Below are positions 11,573 through 23,499 of a DNA stretch of 59,773 nt, piece after piece. Source of the stretch: Anaeramoeba ignava BMAN (lineage: Eukaryota; Protista; Anaeramoebae); contig JAPDFW010000035.1 in assembly GCA_028826165.1 (NCBI GenBank), positions 1 to 59,773 of the forward strand, read 5' to 3'. The translations under genes and the position numbers were made by a program. Every line of letters begins with the position of its first letter. Positions within the stretch are counted from its first letter, which is position 1. Under the pieces are notes generated by a model. That model was given only the letters and a program-made list of their open reading frames with translations. It made no database searches and was not told the origin of the DNA.

Positions 11573-13339
11573 TTAATTATTAAATTTGTTAATTAATAAA
11601 TCAAATAAATTTGGATTTGTTTGATTTAATTGAAAATAATCAATTCCTATTTGAATTTCATCAATAATTTCTTGTGTAATTTGAATTTCATTTTTAATTT
11701 GATTTGAATAAATCCAATATTCAAATATTTGAAATGATTTATTACTTAATTCACTATAATCTGTAACTTTATTTGAAGTATCATTTGTAACAGATAAAAA
11801 CATTCCTCGATATAATTCACTTCTCATTATTAATATTAATTTAGGAAATTTATATTGTTTTTCTTTTCTTTCAATAATAAAATCTTTTTCATTTTCATTT
11901 TCATTTAAATAAATTCTTTTCATTGTTTCTTCAATTTTTTCATTTAAATTTATAATTTCTTTAATTTCAGAATATAATTTTGGATTTATAATTCTATTTG
12001 AATAAATCATTTCAAATATTTGATTTGAATCTTTAATTGATTTATTTGAAATAATTTCTTGAAGTTTTTCAATTTGATTTTCATTTTGATTTAATCTATA
12101 TTTCAATATTAATTTATGAGCTTCAATTATTGAACCATTTTCGGTTTTAAATGAAATATCACAAAATTCTTTTCTTCTAAATAGTTTTATCAAATCTTCT
12201 TCAAGATTGGAAAAAGGAGAAGGAGAATAATAAAGAAATGATGTTGAATATCCACAAGAAAGATGATAATTGGAAATATTTTCATTAAATCTTAATTTAG
12301 GAAGTTCAATTTGAATTGGAATTGACTGGAATTTTGTATTTCCAATTCCTAATTGACCATGATAATTTCCACCAAATCCTATTAGTTTCCCTTTTCTTGT
12401 TAAAATCAAAGTATGATAATCCCCAACAGAAAAATCAAGAATAATATCATCATTTTCAAATAAAGATGATTTAATTTCAATAAATTCATAAGTATTTCTA
12501 TATCTATCCAATCCATTATATCGAGAATTTCCACATGAATAAAGTTTTCTTTTTGGATTTTGATTTTCATTTTCAATCAACATTATTGAATGAAACATTC
12601 CACATTGAATATCAATTATTTTACCTTTTGGAATATTTTGGATTTTGGTTAATTTATTGATTGTTGTTTCTTCATTTATTGATTCTCCTAATCCAAGTTG
12701 TCCGTATTCGTTGTTCCCGCATCCAAATAATTCTTGATTTGAATTTAAAAGAAAAACATGTTTTGAACCATTTCCTGAAAATATTTTAGAAACATTTCTC
12801 ATCATTAAAATTGGTTTTTCTGTTTTTTTAAGTCTTTCAGAATCAAAACCAAGTTGGTTAGAATAATTTGAACCAATTCCATAAGCATTTTGGTTTGAAG
12901 TTAATAAATAAATTGAGTGAATTCCAGAAACAATATCTTCAATTGTTCTATCATTTTTATCTTCAATTAATGATGAAATATTGATAAATTCTTTTGGATT
13001 TTCTGAATTAATCGCAGCTCCTTTGGCAAATACATTTCCTTCTTTTGTTAAAATAGCTTCATTTTCAAAACCAACAGTTACTTTTTGAATATTTTCTTCA
13101 ATTTGAATTTCTGATGGATTTTGATTTGAATATTCTTGATCTGTAAAAAATTCAGTTGCTTTTCCATTTTTAAAAACGAAAATTATTGAAAAATCACTTG
13201 ATGAAATTTGTTTAATTTGTTTTTCATTTTCATTTTCATTTTCAAAAATTTCAATTTGAATTGGTTTTGGAATTTTAGGTATTTGAGTTTGATTTAATTT
13301 TAAAAAGATATTTTGACCAAAAAATAAAATTTCATTCAT
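11573..13339 (-). CDS. RCC1-BTB-BTB copy G (intact; ATG at 13339)
   Basis: Full-length ORF; start assigned to MNEILFFG by homology with the other copies. Confidence 0.92.
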   Translation of the reverse strand: MNEILFFGQNIFLKLNQTQIPKIPKPIQIEIFENENENEKQIKQISSSDFSIIFVFKNGKATEFFTDQEYSNQNPSEIQIEENIQKVTVGFENEAILTKEGNVFAKGAAINSENPKEFINISSLIEDKNDRTIEDIVSGIHSIYLLTSNQNAYGIGSNYSNQLGFDSERLKKTEKPILMMRNVSKIFSGNGSKHVFLLNSNQELFGCGNNEYGQLGLGESINEETTINKLTKIQNIPKGKIIDIQCGMFHSIMLIENENQNPKRKLYSCGNSRYNGLDRYRNTYEFIEIKSSLFENDDIILDFSVGDYHTLILTRKGKLIGFGGNYHGQLGIGNTKFQSIPIQIELPKLRFNENISNYHLSCGYSTSFLYYSPSPFSNLEEDLIKLFRRKEFCDISFKTENGSIIEAHKLILKYRLNQNENQIEKLQEIISNKSIKDSNQIFEMIYSNRIINPKLYSEIKEIINLNEKIEETMKRIYLNENENEKDFIIERKEKQYKFPKLILIMRSELYRGMFLSVTNDTSNKVTDYSELSNKSFQIFEYWIYSNQIKNEIQITQEIIDEIQIGIDYFQLNQTNPNLFDLLINKFNN

Positions 13340-13501
13340 TTTTGAAAAGGAAAAAAATGAAATCAAATTTCTTTTTCTTTAATTTTTTTTTTTGGAAATC
13401 AAAACCAAAACCAAAATCAAAATCAAAATCAGAATCAAATTCAAATCAGATTTAAAATTAAAATTAGGGAAAATAAGGAAAAAATGCAAAAAATTTCGTT
13501 T

Positions 13502-14223
13502 TCATTTTTGATTTTGATTTGAATTTTCATTAATCATTTCTTGAACTTTTTGTTCAAATTGATCTTTATCTCTTTTTAAAAGTTCAGCAGCTTCTCTGTT
13601 CAATGGATCATCTGGATGTTGTTCCTTTTATTTTAAAATTAAAATTAAAAATAAAAATTAAAATTAAAATTAAAATCAAAATCAAAATCAAAATCAAAAT
13701 CAAAACCAAAATTAAAATTTACTTCAAATAAAAGGTTAAGAAGCATTGTAATTTGGAATAAATTATAAACAACTGACCATTGATCATGAAGAATTCCATA
13801 ACAAATTTCTCCTCTTTCATCAATATCTGTATGAAAAATCTTTGTTTCACAAATAACTTTTGGTGGAGAATGTGGATAATCTTTTGGAATTTTAATATCA
13901 AAAACGAAAGATCCATTTCTATAAATTCCTTTTGTTGGAGTTATTATATATTTGAATCCAACAGCAAATTTTTCATCTTTTGGAAATTCAAGTTTATTTA
14001 TGTCATCAAATTCAATTTCAGCTAAATCTATTTTATTTTTGGATTTTGAATTTTATTTTTATAAGAAAAGAATTGAAAAAAAAGTTGGAAAAATTTTTTT
14101 TGCTTTTTTTTTTTTTCGCTTTTGTTTTTCACCTCTTATAATTCGAGGAAATAATAATCGGAATTTCTTTTCTTCTTCTGTTTCTTCGTTTATTTTTTGT
14201 TTTGCGTTGAATAGTTGTTGCAT
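13502..14223 (-). CDS. UBC12: NEDD8-conjugating E2 (Ubc12/UBE2M-like), 3 exons: 14223-14133, 14027-13723, 13624-13502
   Basis: Manually spliced at GT-AG introns with correct phases: MQQLFNAKQKINEETEEE..PRIIRDLAEI..TPTKGIYRNGSFVFDIKIPKDYPHSPPKVICETKIFHTDIDERGEICYGILHDQW..LFEEQHPDDPLNREAAELL. This matches the Ubc12 N-terminal peptide style (MIKLFSLKQ), YPHxPPKV, the catalytic Cys and DPLNxEAA. Confidence 0.85.
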
Positions 14224-14318
14224 TTTAATTTATTTTATTTTTAAAAGAAAAAAAAATGAAAGAAAAATGAAATTTTGAAATTTTAATTTTTTTTTTCCTT
14301 TTCTTTTTCAAAAAAAAA

Positions 14319-17202
14319 ATGAAAATTTGGCAAATTATTCAAGAAAATCAAATAGAAAAATTACAAAAAATTGAATTTATTCCAAAAAATCAATTTAAAA
14401 AAAATGGAAAACCAATTTTACATTTTGCAATAGAAAAAAAAATTCCAAAACAAATGATTGAACTTTTAATTAAGAAAGGAGCAAAAACAAATTCAACTGA
14501 TAAATTTGGAAGAAATTCTTTACATTTTGCTTGCAAATTTAATTCTAATTTTGAAATTGTTAAATATTTAGTTGAAAAAAAAGTTCAAATCAACTCAAAA
14601 GATAATTCAAATCAAACACCTTTACATTTTGCTTGTGAAAATAAATCAAATTTTGAAATTATCAAATATTTAGTTGAAAAAGGTGCTGATATAAATGCAA
14701 AATCAAATTCAAATCAAACACCTTTACACTTTGCTTGCAAATTTAATTCAAATTTTGAAATTATCAAATATTTAGTTGAAAAAGGTTGTGATATAAATAC
14801 AAAAGATAATTCAAATCAAACACCTTTGCATTTTGCTTGTGAAAATAAATCAAATTTTGAAATTGTTAAATATTTAGTTGAAAAAGGTGCTGATATAAAT
14901 GCAAAATCAAATTCAAATCAAACACCTTTACACTTTGCTTGCAAATTTAATTCAAATTTTGAAATTGTTAAATATTTAGTTGAAAAAGGTTCTGATATAA
15001 ATGCAAAATCAAATTCAAATCAAACACCTTTACATTTTGCTTGTGAAAATAAATCAAATTTTGAAATTGTTAAATATTTAGTTGAAAAAAGTGCTGATAT
15101 AAATGAAAAAACATTTTGGAATCAAACACCTTTGCACTGTGCTTGTGAATTTAACCCAACTTTGAAACTCATCAAATTTTTAGTGGAAAAAGGTGCTGAT
15201 GTAAATACAAAAAATATCAGAAATGAAACACCTTTGCATCTAATTTGTGAGCTTAATCCAAATTTGGAACTCATCAGATTTTTAGTGGAAAATGGATCTT
15301 ATATCAACCAAAAAGAAAGGAATAAAAACCAAGCTCCTTTGCATTTAATTTGTCAAAATTCAAAGATTGATAATAAAATTATGTTTGAAATTATCATATA
15401 TTTAGTTGAAAAAGGTGCTGATGTTAATTCCAAAAAAAATAATGATCAAACTCCTTTACATTTAATTTGCCAAAATAGAAATATTGAGCAAAAAATGTTA
15501 TTTAAAATTATCATGTATTTGGTTGAAAAAGGTGCTGATATTAATTCTAAGACAAGAGATGATAAATACACAATGATAAATTTTATTTATCAAATTCATT
15601 TAAGCATTCCGCTTGATTTTTTCCGATATTTGATTGAAAAAGGACTTGATGTGAATGAGAGGACAAACAACAATGAAACCGTTTTGCATTTTGTTTGTCA
15701 ATACCAACAAGAAAATGCATATGAAATAATCCAGTTATTGATTGATAAAGGATGCGATATGAATGCGAGAACTAATATTAGCCAAATCCCTCTAGATTTT
15801 GTTTGCCAATACCAACATGGAAATGCACTTGAAATTATCAAGTTATTTATTGAAAAAGAAAAAGATATTGATAATAAAAAAACAGATTATGGAAGGGCTT
15901 TGCAGTTAGTCTGTGAATATAAACATAAAGACTTATTTGAAATTGTTAAATTACTCATAGAAGCAGGTGCAGATGTGAATTTTGCAGGTGAAGATCTTCT
16001 TTCAGCTCTTCATTTTCTTTGTCGTAATTATGAAAGAAAGTTTCATAATACAATAAGATTATTAATTGAAAACGGAGCTGATGTAAATCTCAAAGGAGGG
16101 CATTTCAATGAAACTTGTTTACATTTCATTTTTTATACACGAAAAAACCAAGATATGAAAAAATTAGTCAAATTGTTGATCCAAAATGGTGCTAATATTC
16201 ATCAAGTCGATGATCAAGAGATCGCACCTCTTGATTTGATTATTTCAAATAATGACTTAAATTCTTTAAAATTGTTGTTATTGCATGATCCTTATCTGAT
16301 TTTCCTTTTAGATATACTAATAATTAAAGAAGACCTAATGGAAATGTTTATCCAAATTTATTCAATCAATCAAGATTTCCACAACTCATTTAAATCCAAT
16401 GAAAATTATTTTGATCTCACAATTTTATCCAACGATTTATTCACGTTTCATGTTCATAGACAAATTTTACTAATGAGATTCGATAATAATACTTCTATTC
16501 TCCAAAATTTTTTCAGTATTTGTAAACAAAAACCAAAAGAAATTGTTCAACTTGCATTAAATTTTCTTTATACTGGATTTAATGATTTTGGAAGAATTAT
16601 TGAAAAACTATCCGTTTTGACTGAATATAAAATCCGACACAAAGATATTGAAAAAAAATTTGAAAAACAACAAATTACATGGAATAAATTCCAAAAACAA
16701 AAAGCAGAACAGTATATATTTGAAAGATATAGAAGTAAACCAAATATACGATGAAGTTGCACTGAATAACACGAGAGTAGAAGAATTCTTCAAGGAAATG
16801 GGATTTGATTCAAATTGGATCGAATCCAAAAAAGGAAGAAAAGGATTAATAAAAGATTTGCATCAATTATATCAACAACAAGAAACAAAAGATTTCACAA
16901 TAATTATTGAAGAAAAAGAAATTAAGGTTCATAAATTAATATTAATAATAAGAAGTGAGTTATTCAAAGGAATGTTTTTACTAAATGTCCAAGATTCAAC
17001 AAATAGAGTTCATGATTATTCAAAAAAATCATTTGAAACTTTAGATCAATTTATTTATTTTCTTTATCATGATAAATTTGATAAATCCAAAACATTGAAT
17101 AAAAAAATAATCGAAGAATTTGAGGATGTGAAAGATTATTATCAATTAAATCAAAATTCGATTTTGGATTTGATTTTACTTGATTTGATTCAAGAAATTT
17201 GA
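14319..17202 (+). CDS. Ankyrin-repeat + tandem BTB protein; one frameshift in the 16648-16754 overlap
   Basis: Many TPLHFAC..LVEKGADIN repeats; BTB1 FDLTIL..FHVHRQILLMR; BTB2 KDFTII..KVHKLILIIRSELFKGMF in ORF 16648-17202. Confidence 0.88.
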
Positions 17203-17274
17203 TTAATAAGATTTTGTTGTATATTTTTTTCAATATTTTTAGAATAAATTTTTTCATTTTTTTTCTTTGCAAAA

Positions 17275-19037
17275 ATGAATGAAATTTTGTTTTTTGGAAA
17301 GAATAAATTACCAACAATTTTAAAAAATGAAGCAGACATAATAACAAAACCAATTCAATTTAAATTTGAAAATGAAAAACAAATTAAACAAATTTCAACA
17401 GGAAGATTTGCAACAATTTTCCTTTTTGAAAATGGAAAAGCAATAGAATATTTAAAAAATTCAAAACAAAATCCTTCAAAAATCCAAATTGAAGAAAATA
17501 TTCAAAAAGTAACTGTTGGCGAACAAAATGAAGCTATTTTAACAATAGAAGGAAATGTATTTGCCAAAGGAAGAGATATTAATCCAAAAAATCCAAATGA
17601 ATTTACCAATATTTCATCATTAATTGAAGATATAAATGATAGAATAATTCAAGATATTGTTTCTTCATCTTATTCAATTTATTTATTAACTTCAAATCAA
17701 AATGCTTATGGAATTGGTTCAAATCAATTTGGTCAACTTGGTTTTAAATCATTGTTCAAAACAGAAAAACCAATTTTGATAATGAAAAATGTTTCTAAAA
17801 TATTTTCAGGAGGTGATTCAAATCATGCTTTTCTTTTAAATTCAAATCAAGAATTATTTGGATGTGGCAATACTGAATTTGGTCAACTTGGATTAGGAGA
17901 ATCAATAAATGAAGAAATTCAAATCAAGAAATTAACTGAAAAAGGAAATTTTCCAGAAGGCAAAATAATTGATATTCAATCTGGAGAATTGTATTCAGTA
18001 ATGTTGATTGAATTTAAAGCAAAAAGAAAGCTTTATTCAAGTGGATGCTATCTAAATAATGGTCTTTGCAAAAATCATGATACTTATGAATTTACTGAAC
18101 TCAAATCATCTTTATTTGAAAATGAAGATAATATTGTTAAAATTTCTGTTGGAAGAGGTCATACTTTGATTTTAACTTCTAATTCAAAATTAATTGGATT
18201 TGGAAATAATGATTATGGTCAATTAGGAACTGGAGATCTTAATTATCAATTGACTCCTATTCAAATTGAACTTCCTAAATTAAGATTTAATGAAAATATT
18301 TCTAATTATCATCTTTCTTGTGGTGATTTCACTTCATTTCTTTATTGTTCTCTTTCTTCTTTTTCCAATCTTGAAGAAGATTCAAATCAACTCATTTGAA
18401 AGAAAAGAATTTTGTGATATTTCATTTAAATCTCATAAAATAATTAGAAAAAAAAGCTTCAAAAATCAAAATTTAAATTAAAATTAAATCAAAATCAAAA
18501 TCAAAATCAAAATCAAAATCAAAATCAAAATCAAATTGAAAAACTTCAAGAAATTATTTCAAAAAAATCAATTAAAGATTCAAATCAAATATTTGAAATA
18601 ATTTATTCAAACAGAATAATAAATTCAAAATTATATTCTGAAATTAAAGAAATTATAAATTTAAATGAAAAAATTGAAGAAACAATGAAAAGAATTTATT
18701 TAAATGAAAATGAAAATGATTTTATAATTGAAAGAAAAGAAAAAGAATATAAATTTCCAAAATTAATATTAATAATGAGAAGTGAATTATATCGAGGAAT
18801 GTTTTTATCTGTTACAGAAGATAAATCCTAATAAAGTTAGAGATTATAGTGAATTAAGTAATAAATCATTTCCAAATATTAGAATATTGGATTTATTCAA
18901 ATCAAATTAAAGATGGAATTCAAATTACACAAGAAATAATTAATGAAATTAAAATTGGAATTGATTATTTTCAATTAAATCAAACAAATCCAAATTTATT
19001 TGATTTATTAATTAACAAATTTAATAATCAAAATTAA
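17275..19037 (+). pseudogene. RCC1-BTB-BTB copy H; RCC1 part intact (374 aa), BTB part disrupted by indels/stops
   Basis: ORF 17275-18399 followed by degraded but recognisable BTB sequence ending FNNQN* at 19037. Confidence 0.8.
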
Positions 19038-19270
19038 AATTAAAATTAAAATTAAAATTAAAATTAAAATTAAAATTAAAATTAAAATTAAAATTAAAAT
19101 CAAAATTAAAATTAAAATTAAAATTAAAATTAAAATTAAAATTAAAATTAAAATTAAAATCAAAATCAAAATTAAAATTAAAATCAAAATTAAAATCAAA
19201 ATTAAAATTAAAATTAAAATTAAAATTATAATTCATTTTTTCATTTTTTTCATTTTTTTTCTTTTCAAAA

Positions 19271-21062
19271 ATGAATGATTGTTTATTTTTTGGTTTAAAT
19301 AAAACACCAAAACTTTTCAAAAATGAACCAGAAATAATAACACCACCAATTCAATTTAAATTTGAAAATGAAAATGAAAATGAAAATGAAAATGAAAATG
19401 AAAATGAAAAACAAATTAAACAAATTTCAACAGGTTATTTTTCAACAATTTTCCTTTTCAAAAATGGAAAAGCAATATAATATTTAAATGAAAATGATTC
19501 AAATCAAAATCCTTCAAAAATCAAAATTGAAGAAAATATTCAAAAAGTAACTGTTGGTTATCGAAATGAAGCTATTTTAACAATAGAAGGAAATGTATTT
19601 GCCAAAGGATATTATATTAATCCAAATAATCCAAATGAATTTATCAATATTTCATCATTAATTGAAGATAAAAATGATAGAGTAATTCAAGATGTCGTTT
19701 CTGGAGCTTATTCAATTTACTTATTAACTTCAAATCAAAATGTTTATGGAATTGGTTCAAATCAAGATGGTCAACTTGGTTTTGATTCTGAAACACTTAA
19801 AGAAACAGAAAAACCAATTTTAATGATGAAAAATGTTTCTAAAATATTTTCAGGAAATTCTTCAATTCATGTTTTTCTTTTAAATTCAAATCAAGAATTA
19901 TTTGTATGTGGATGGAATAATTATAGTCAACTTGGATTAGGAGAATCAAGAAAAGAATCAATAATTCATAAATTAACCAAAATCCAAAATATTCCAAAAG
20001 GCAAAATAATTGATATTCAATCTGGAAGTATTCATTCAATAATGCTGATTGAAATTGAAATTGAAAATCAAAATCCAAAAAGAAAACTTTATTCATGTGG
20101 TTATTATCAATCTAATGGACTTGGCAAATATGGAAATACTTATGAATTTACTGAAATCAAATCATCTTTATTTGAAAATGATAATATTCTTGATTTTTCT
20201 GTTGGAAATGAACATAGTTTGATTTTAACTTCCAAATTCAAAATTAATTGGATTTGGATTAAATCAATATGGTCAATTAGGAACTGGAGATATAAATGAT
20301 CAATTAATTCCAATTCAAATTGAACTTCCTAAATTAAGATTTAATGAAGATATTTCTAATTATCATGTTTCTTGTGGATATTTCAAATCATTTCTTTATT
20401 ATTCTCTTCCTTCTTTTTCCAATCTTGAAGAAGATTTGATAAAACTATTTAGAAGAAAAGAATTTTGTGATATTTCATTTAAAACCAAAAATGGAGAAAT
20501 AATTTCAGCTCATAAATTAATATTGAAATATAGATTAAATCAAAATCAAAATCAAAATGAAAAACTTCAAGAAATTATTTCAAAAAAATCAATTAAAGAA
20601 TCAAATCAAATATTTGAAATGATTTATTCAAACAGAATAATAAATCCAAAATTATATTCTGAAATTAAAGAAATTATAAATTCAAATGAAAAAATTGAAG
20701 AAACAATGAAAAGAATTTATTTAAATGAAAATGAAAATGAAAAAGATTTTATAATTGAAAGAAAAGAAAAAGAATATAAATTTCCAAAATTAATATTAAT
20801 AATGAGAAGTGAATTATATCGAGGAATGTTTTTATCTGTAACAGAAGATAAATCAAATAAAGTTAGAGATTATAGTGAATTAAGTAATAAATCATTTCAA
20901 ATATTTGAATATTGGATTTATTCAAATCAAATTAAAGATGAAATTCAAATTACACAAGAAATAATTGATGAAATTGAAACTGGAATTGATTATTTTCAAT
21001 TAAATCAAACAAATCCAAATTTATTTGATTTATTAATTAACAAATTTAATAATCAAAATTAA
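19271..21062 (+). pseudogene. RCC1-BTB-BTB copy I; GAA>TAA nonsense at 19478 and frameshift ~20235
   Basis: ORFs 19271-19480, 19823-20299 and 20436-21062 plus the homologous gaps. Confidence 0.82.
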
Positions 21063-21308
21063 AATTAAAATTAAAATTAAAATTAAAATTAAAATTAAAA
21101 TTAAAATTAAAATTAAAATTAAAATTAAAATTAAAATTAAAATTTAAATTAAAATTAAAATTTAAAATTAAATTAAAATTAAAATTAAAATCAAAATAAA
21201 TTAAAATTAAAATTTTTAAAATTAAAATCAAAATTAAAATTAAAATCAAAATTAAAATTAAAATTAAAATTATTTTTTTCATTTTTTTCATTTTTTTTCT
21301 TTTCAAAA

Positions 21309-23109
21309 ATGAATGATTGTTTATTTTTGGTTTAAAATGAACTTTTAAAATGAACCATATCAAATAAAAAAACCAATTCAATTTAAATTTGAAAATGAAA
21401 ATGAAAATGAAAATGAAAAACAAATTAAGCAAATTTCATCAAGTTTATTTTCAACAATTTTCCTTTTTAAAAATGGAAAAGCAATAGAATATTTAAATGA
21501 AAATGATTCAAATGAAAATCCTTCAAAAATCAAAATTGAAAATATTCAAAAAATATCTATTGGTCATGATAATATAGCTATTTTAACAATAGAAGGAAAT
21601 GTATTTGCAAAAGGAAAAAATATTAATCCAAAAAATCCAAAACAATTTATCAATATTTCATCATTAATTGAAGATAAAAATGATAGAATAATTCAAGATG
21701 TCGTTTCTGGAGCTTGTTCAATTTACTTATTAACTTCAAATCAAAATGCTTATGGAATTGGTTCAAATCAAGATTGTCAACTTGGCTCTGATTATATAAC
21801 ATTTCCAAAAACAAAAAAACCAATTTTAATGATGAAAAATGTTTCTAAAATATTTTCAGGAAATACTTCAAAACATGTTTTTCTTTTAAATTCAAATCAA
21901 GAATTATTTGGATGCGGATATAATTTTCACAGTAAACTTGGATTAGGAGAATCAAGAAAAGAAGTAAAAATCAGAAAATTAACCAAAATCCAAAATATTC
22001 CAAAAGGAAAAATAATTGATATTCAATGTGGATTTACTTTTTCAATAATGCTGATTGAAATTGAAATTGAAATTGAAATTGAAATTGAAATTGAAATTGA
22101 AAATCAAAATCCAAAAAGAAAACTTTATTCATGTGGAAATTATCAATCTAATGGACTTGGCAAAAATGATACTTATGAATTTACTGAAATCAAATCATCT
22201 TTATTTGAAAATGATAATATTCTTGATTTTTCTGTTGGAAATAGACATACTTTGATTTTAACAATAAAAGGGAAATTAATTGGATTTGGGAATAATTCAT
22301 CTGGTCAATTAGGAACTGGAGATACAAAAAATCAATTAATTCCAATTCAAATTGAACTTCCTAAATTAAGATTTAATGAAGATATTTCCAATTATCATAT
22401 TTATTGTGAAAATGAAAAATCATTTATTTATTATTCTCCTCCTTCTTTTTCCAATCTTGAAGAAGATTTGATAAAATTATTTAGAAGAAAAGAATTTTGT
22501 GATATTTCATTTAAAACAAAAAATGGAGAAATAATCAAAGCTCATAAATTAATTTTGAAATATAGATTAAATCAAAATCAAAATCAAAATCAAATTGAAA
22601 AACTTCAAGAAATTATTTCAAAAAAATCAATTAAAGAATCAAATCAAATATTTGAAATGATTTATTCAAACAATTCCAAAATAAATTCAAAATTATATTT
22701 TGAAATTAAAGAAATTATAAATTCAAATGAAAAAATTGAAGAAACAATGAAAAGAATTTATTTAAATGAAAATGAAAATGAAAATGAAAAAGATTTTATA
22801 ATTGAAAGAAAAGAAAAGAAATATAAATTTCCTAAATTAATATTAATAATGAGAAGTGAATTATATCGAGGAATGTTTTTATCTGTAACTGAAGATAAAT
22901 CTAATAAAGTTAGAGATTATAGTGAATTAAGTAATAAATCATTTCAAATATTTGAATATTGGATTTATTCAAATCAAATTAAAGATGAAATTCAAATTAC
23001 ACAAGAAATAATTGATGAAATTGAAATTGGAATTGATTATTTTCAATTAAATCAAACAAATCCAAATTTATTTGATTTATTAATTAATAAATTTAATAAT
23101 CAAAATTAA
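21309..23109 (+). pseudogene. RCC1-BTB-BTB copy J; indels in the first ~60 nt, remainder open
   Basis: ATG AAT GAT TGT at 21309; ORF 21829-23109 with upstream homologous sequence. Confidence 0.78.
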
Positions 23110-23499
23110 AATTAAAATTAAAATTAAAATTAAAATTAAAATTAAAATTAAAATTAAAATTAAAATTAAAATTAAAATTAAAATCAAAATTAAAATTAAA
23201 ATTAAAATCAAAATTAAAATTCAGATCTAAATTAAAATTAGCTGGATTTATTTATTAAACAATTTAACCATTGAAATTGAAAATAAAAATTAAAATTAAA
23301 ATTTAAAATTAAAATTAAAATGTTATTTAAAATCAAAATTAAAAATCAATTTCAAAAATCTTTTTTTATTTTTTCATTTTTTTTTAATTGTAATTTTTTT
23401 TATTATTTTTGTAATTTTTTTTTTTAATTGATCAAAATAATTTAAAAACAAAATTTGATCTTTGAGCAAAATCTTGAAAGAAACAAACAAATAGAAATC

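Noticed and set aside
13719-14278. ORF-track calls 13719-13916, 13780-14025 and 13952-14278
   Set aside because: They are off-frame or antisense shadows of the spliced UBC12-like gene
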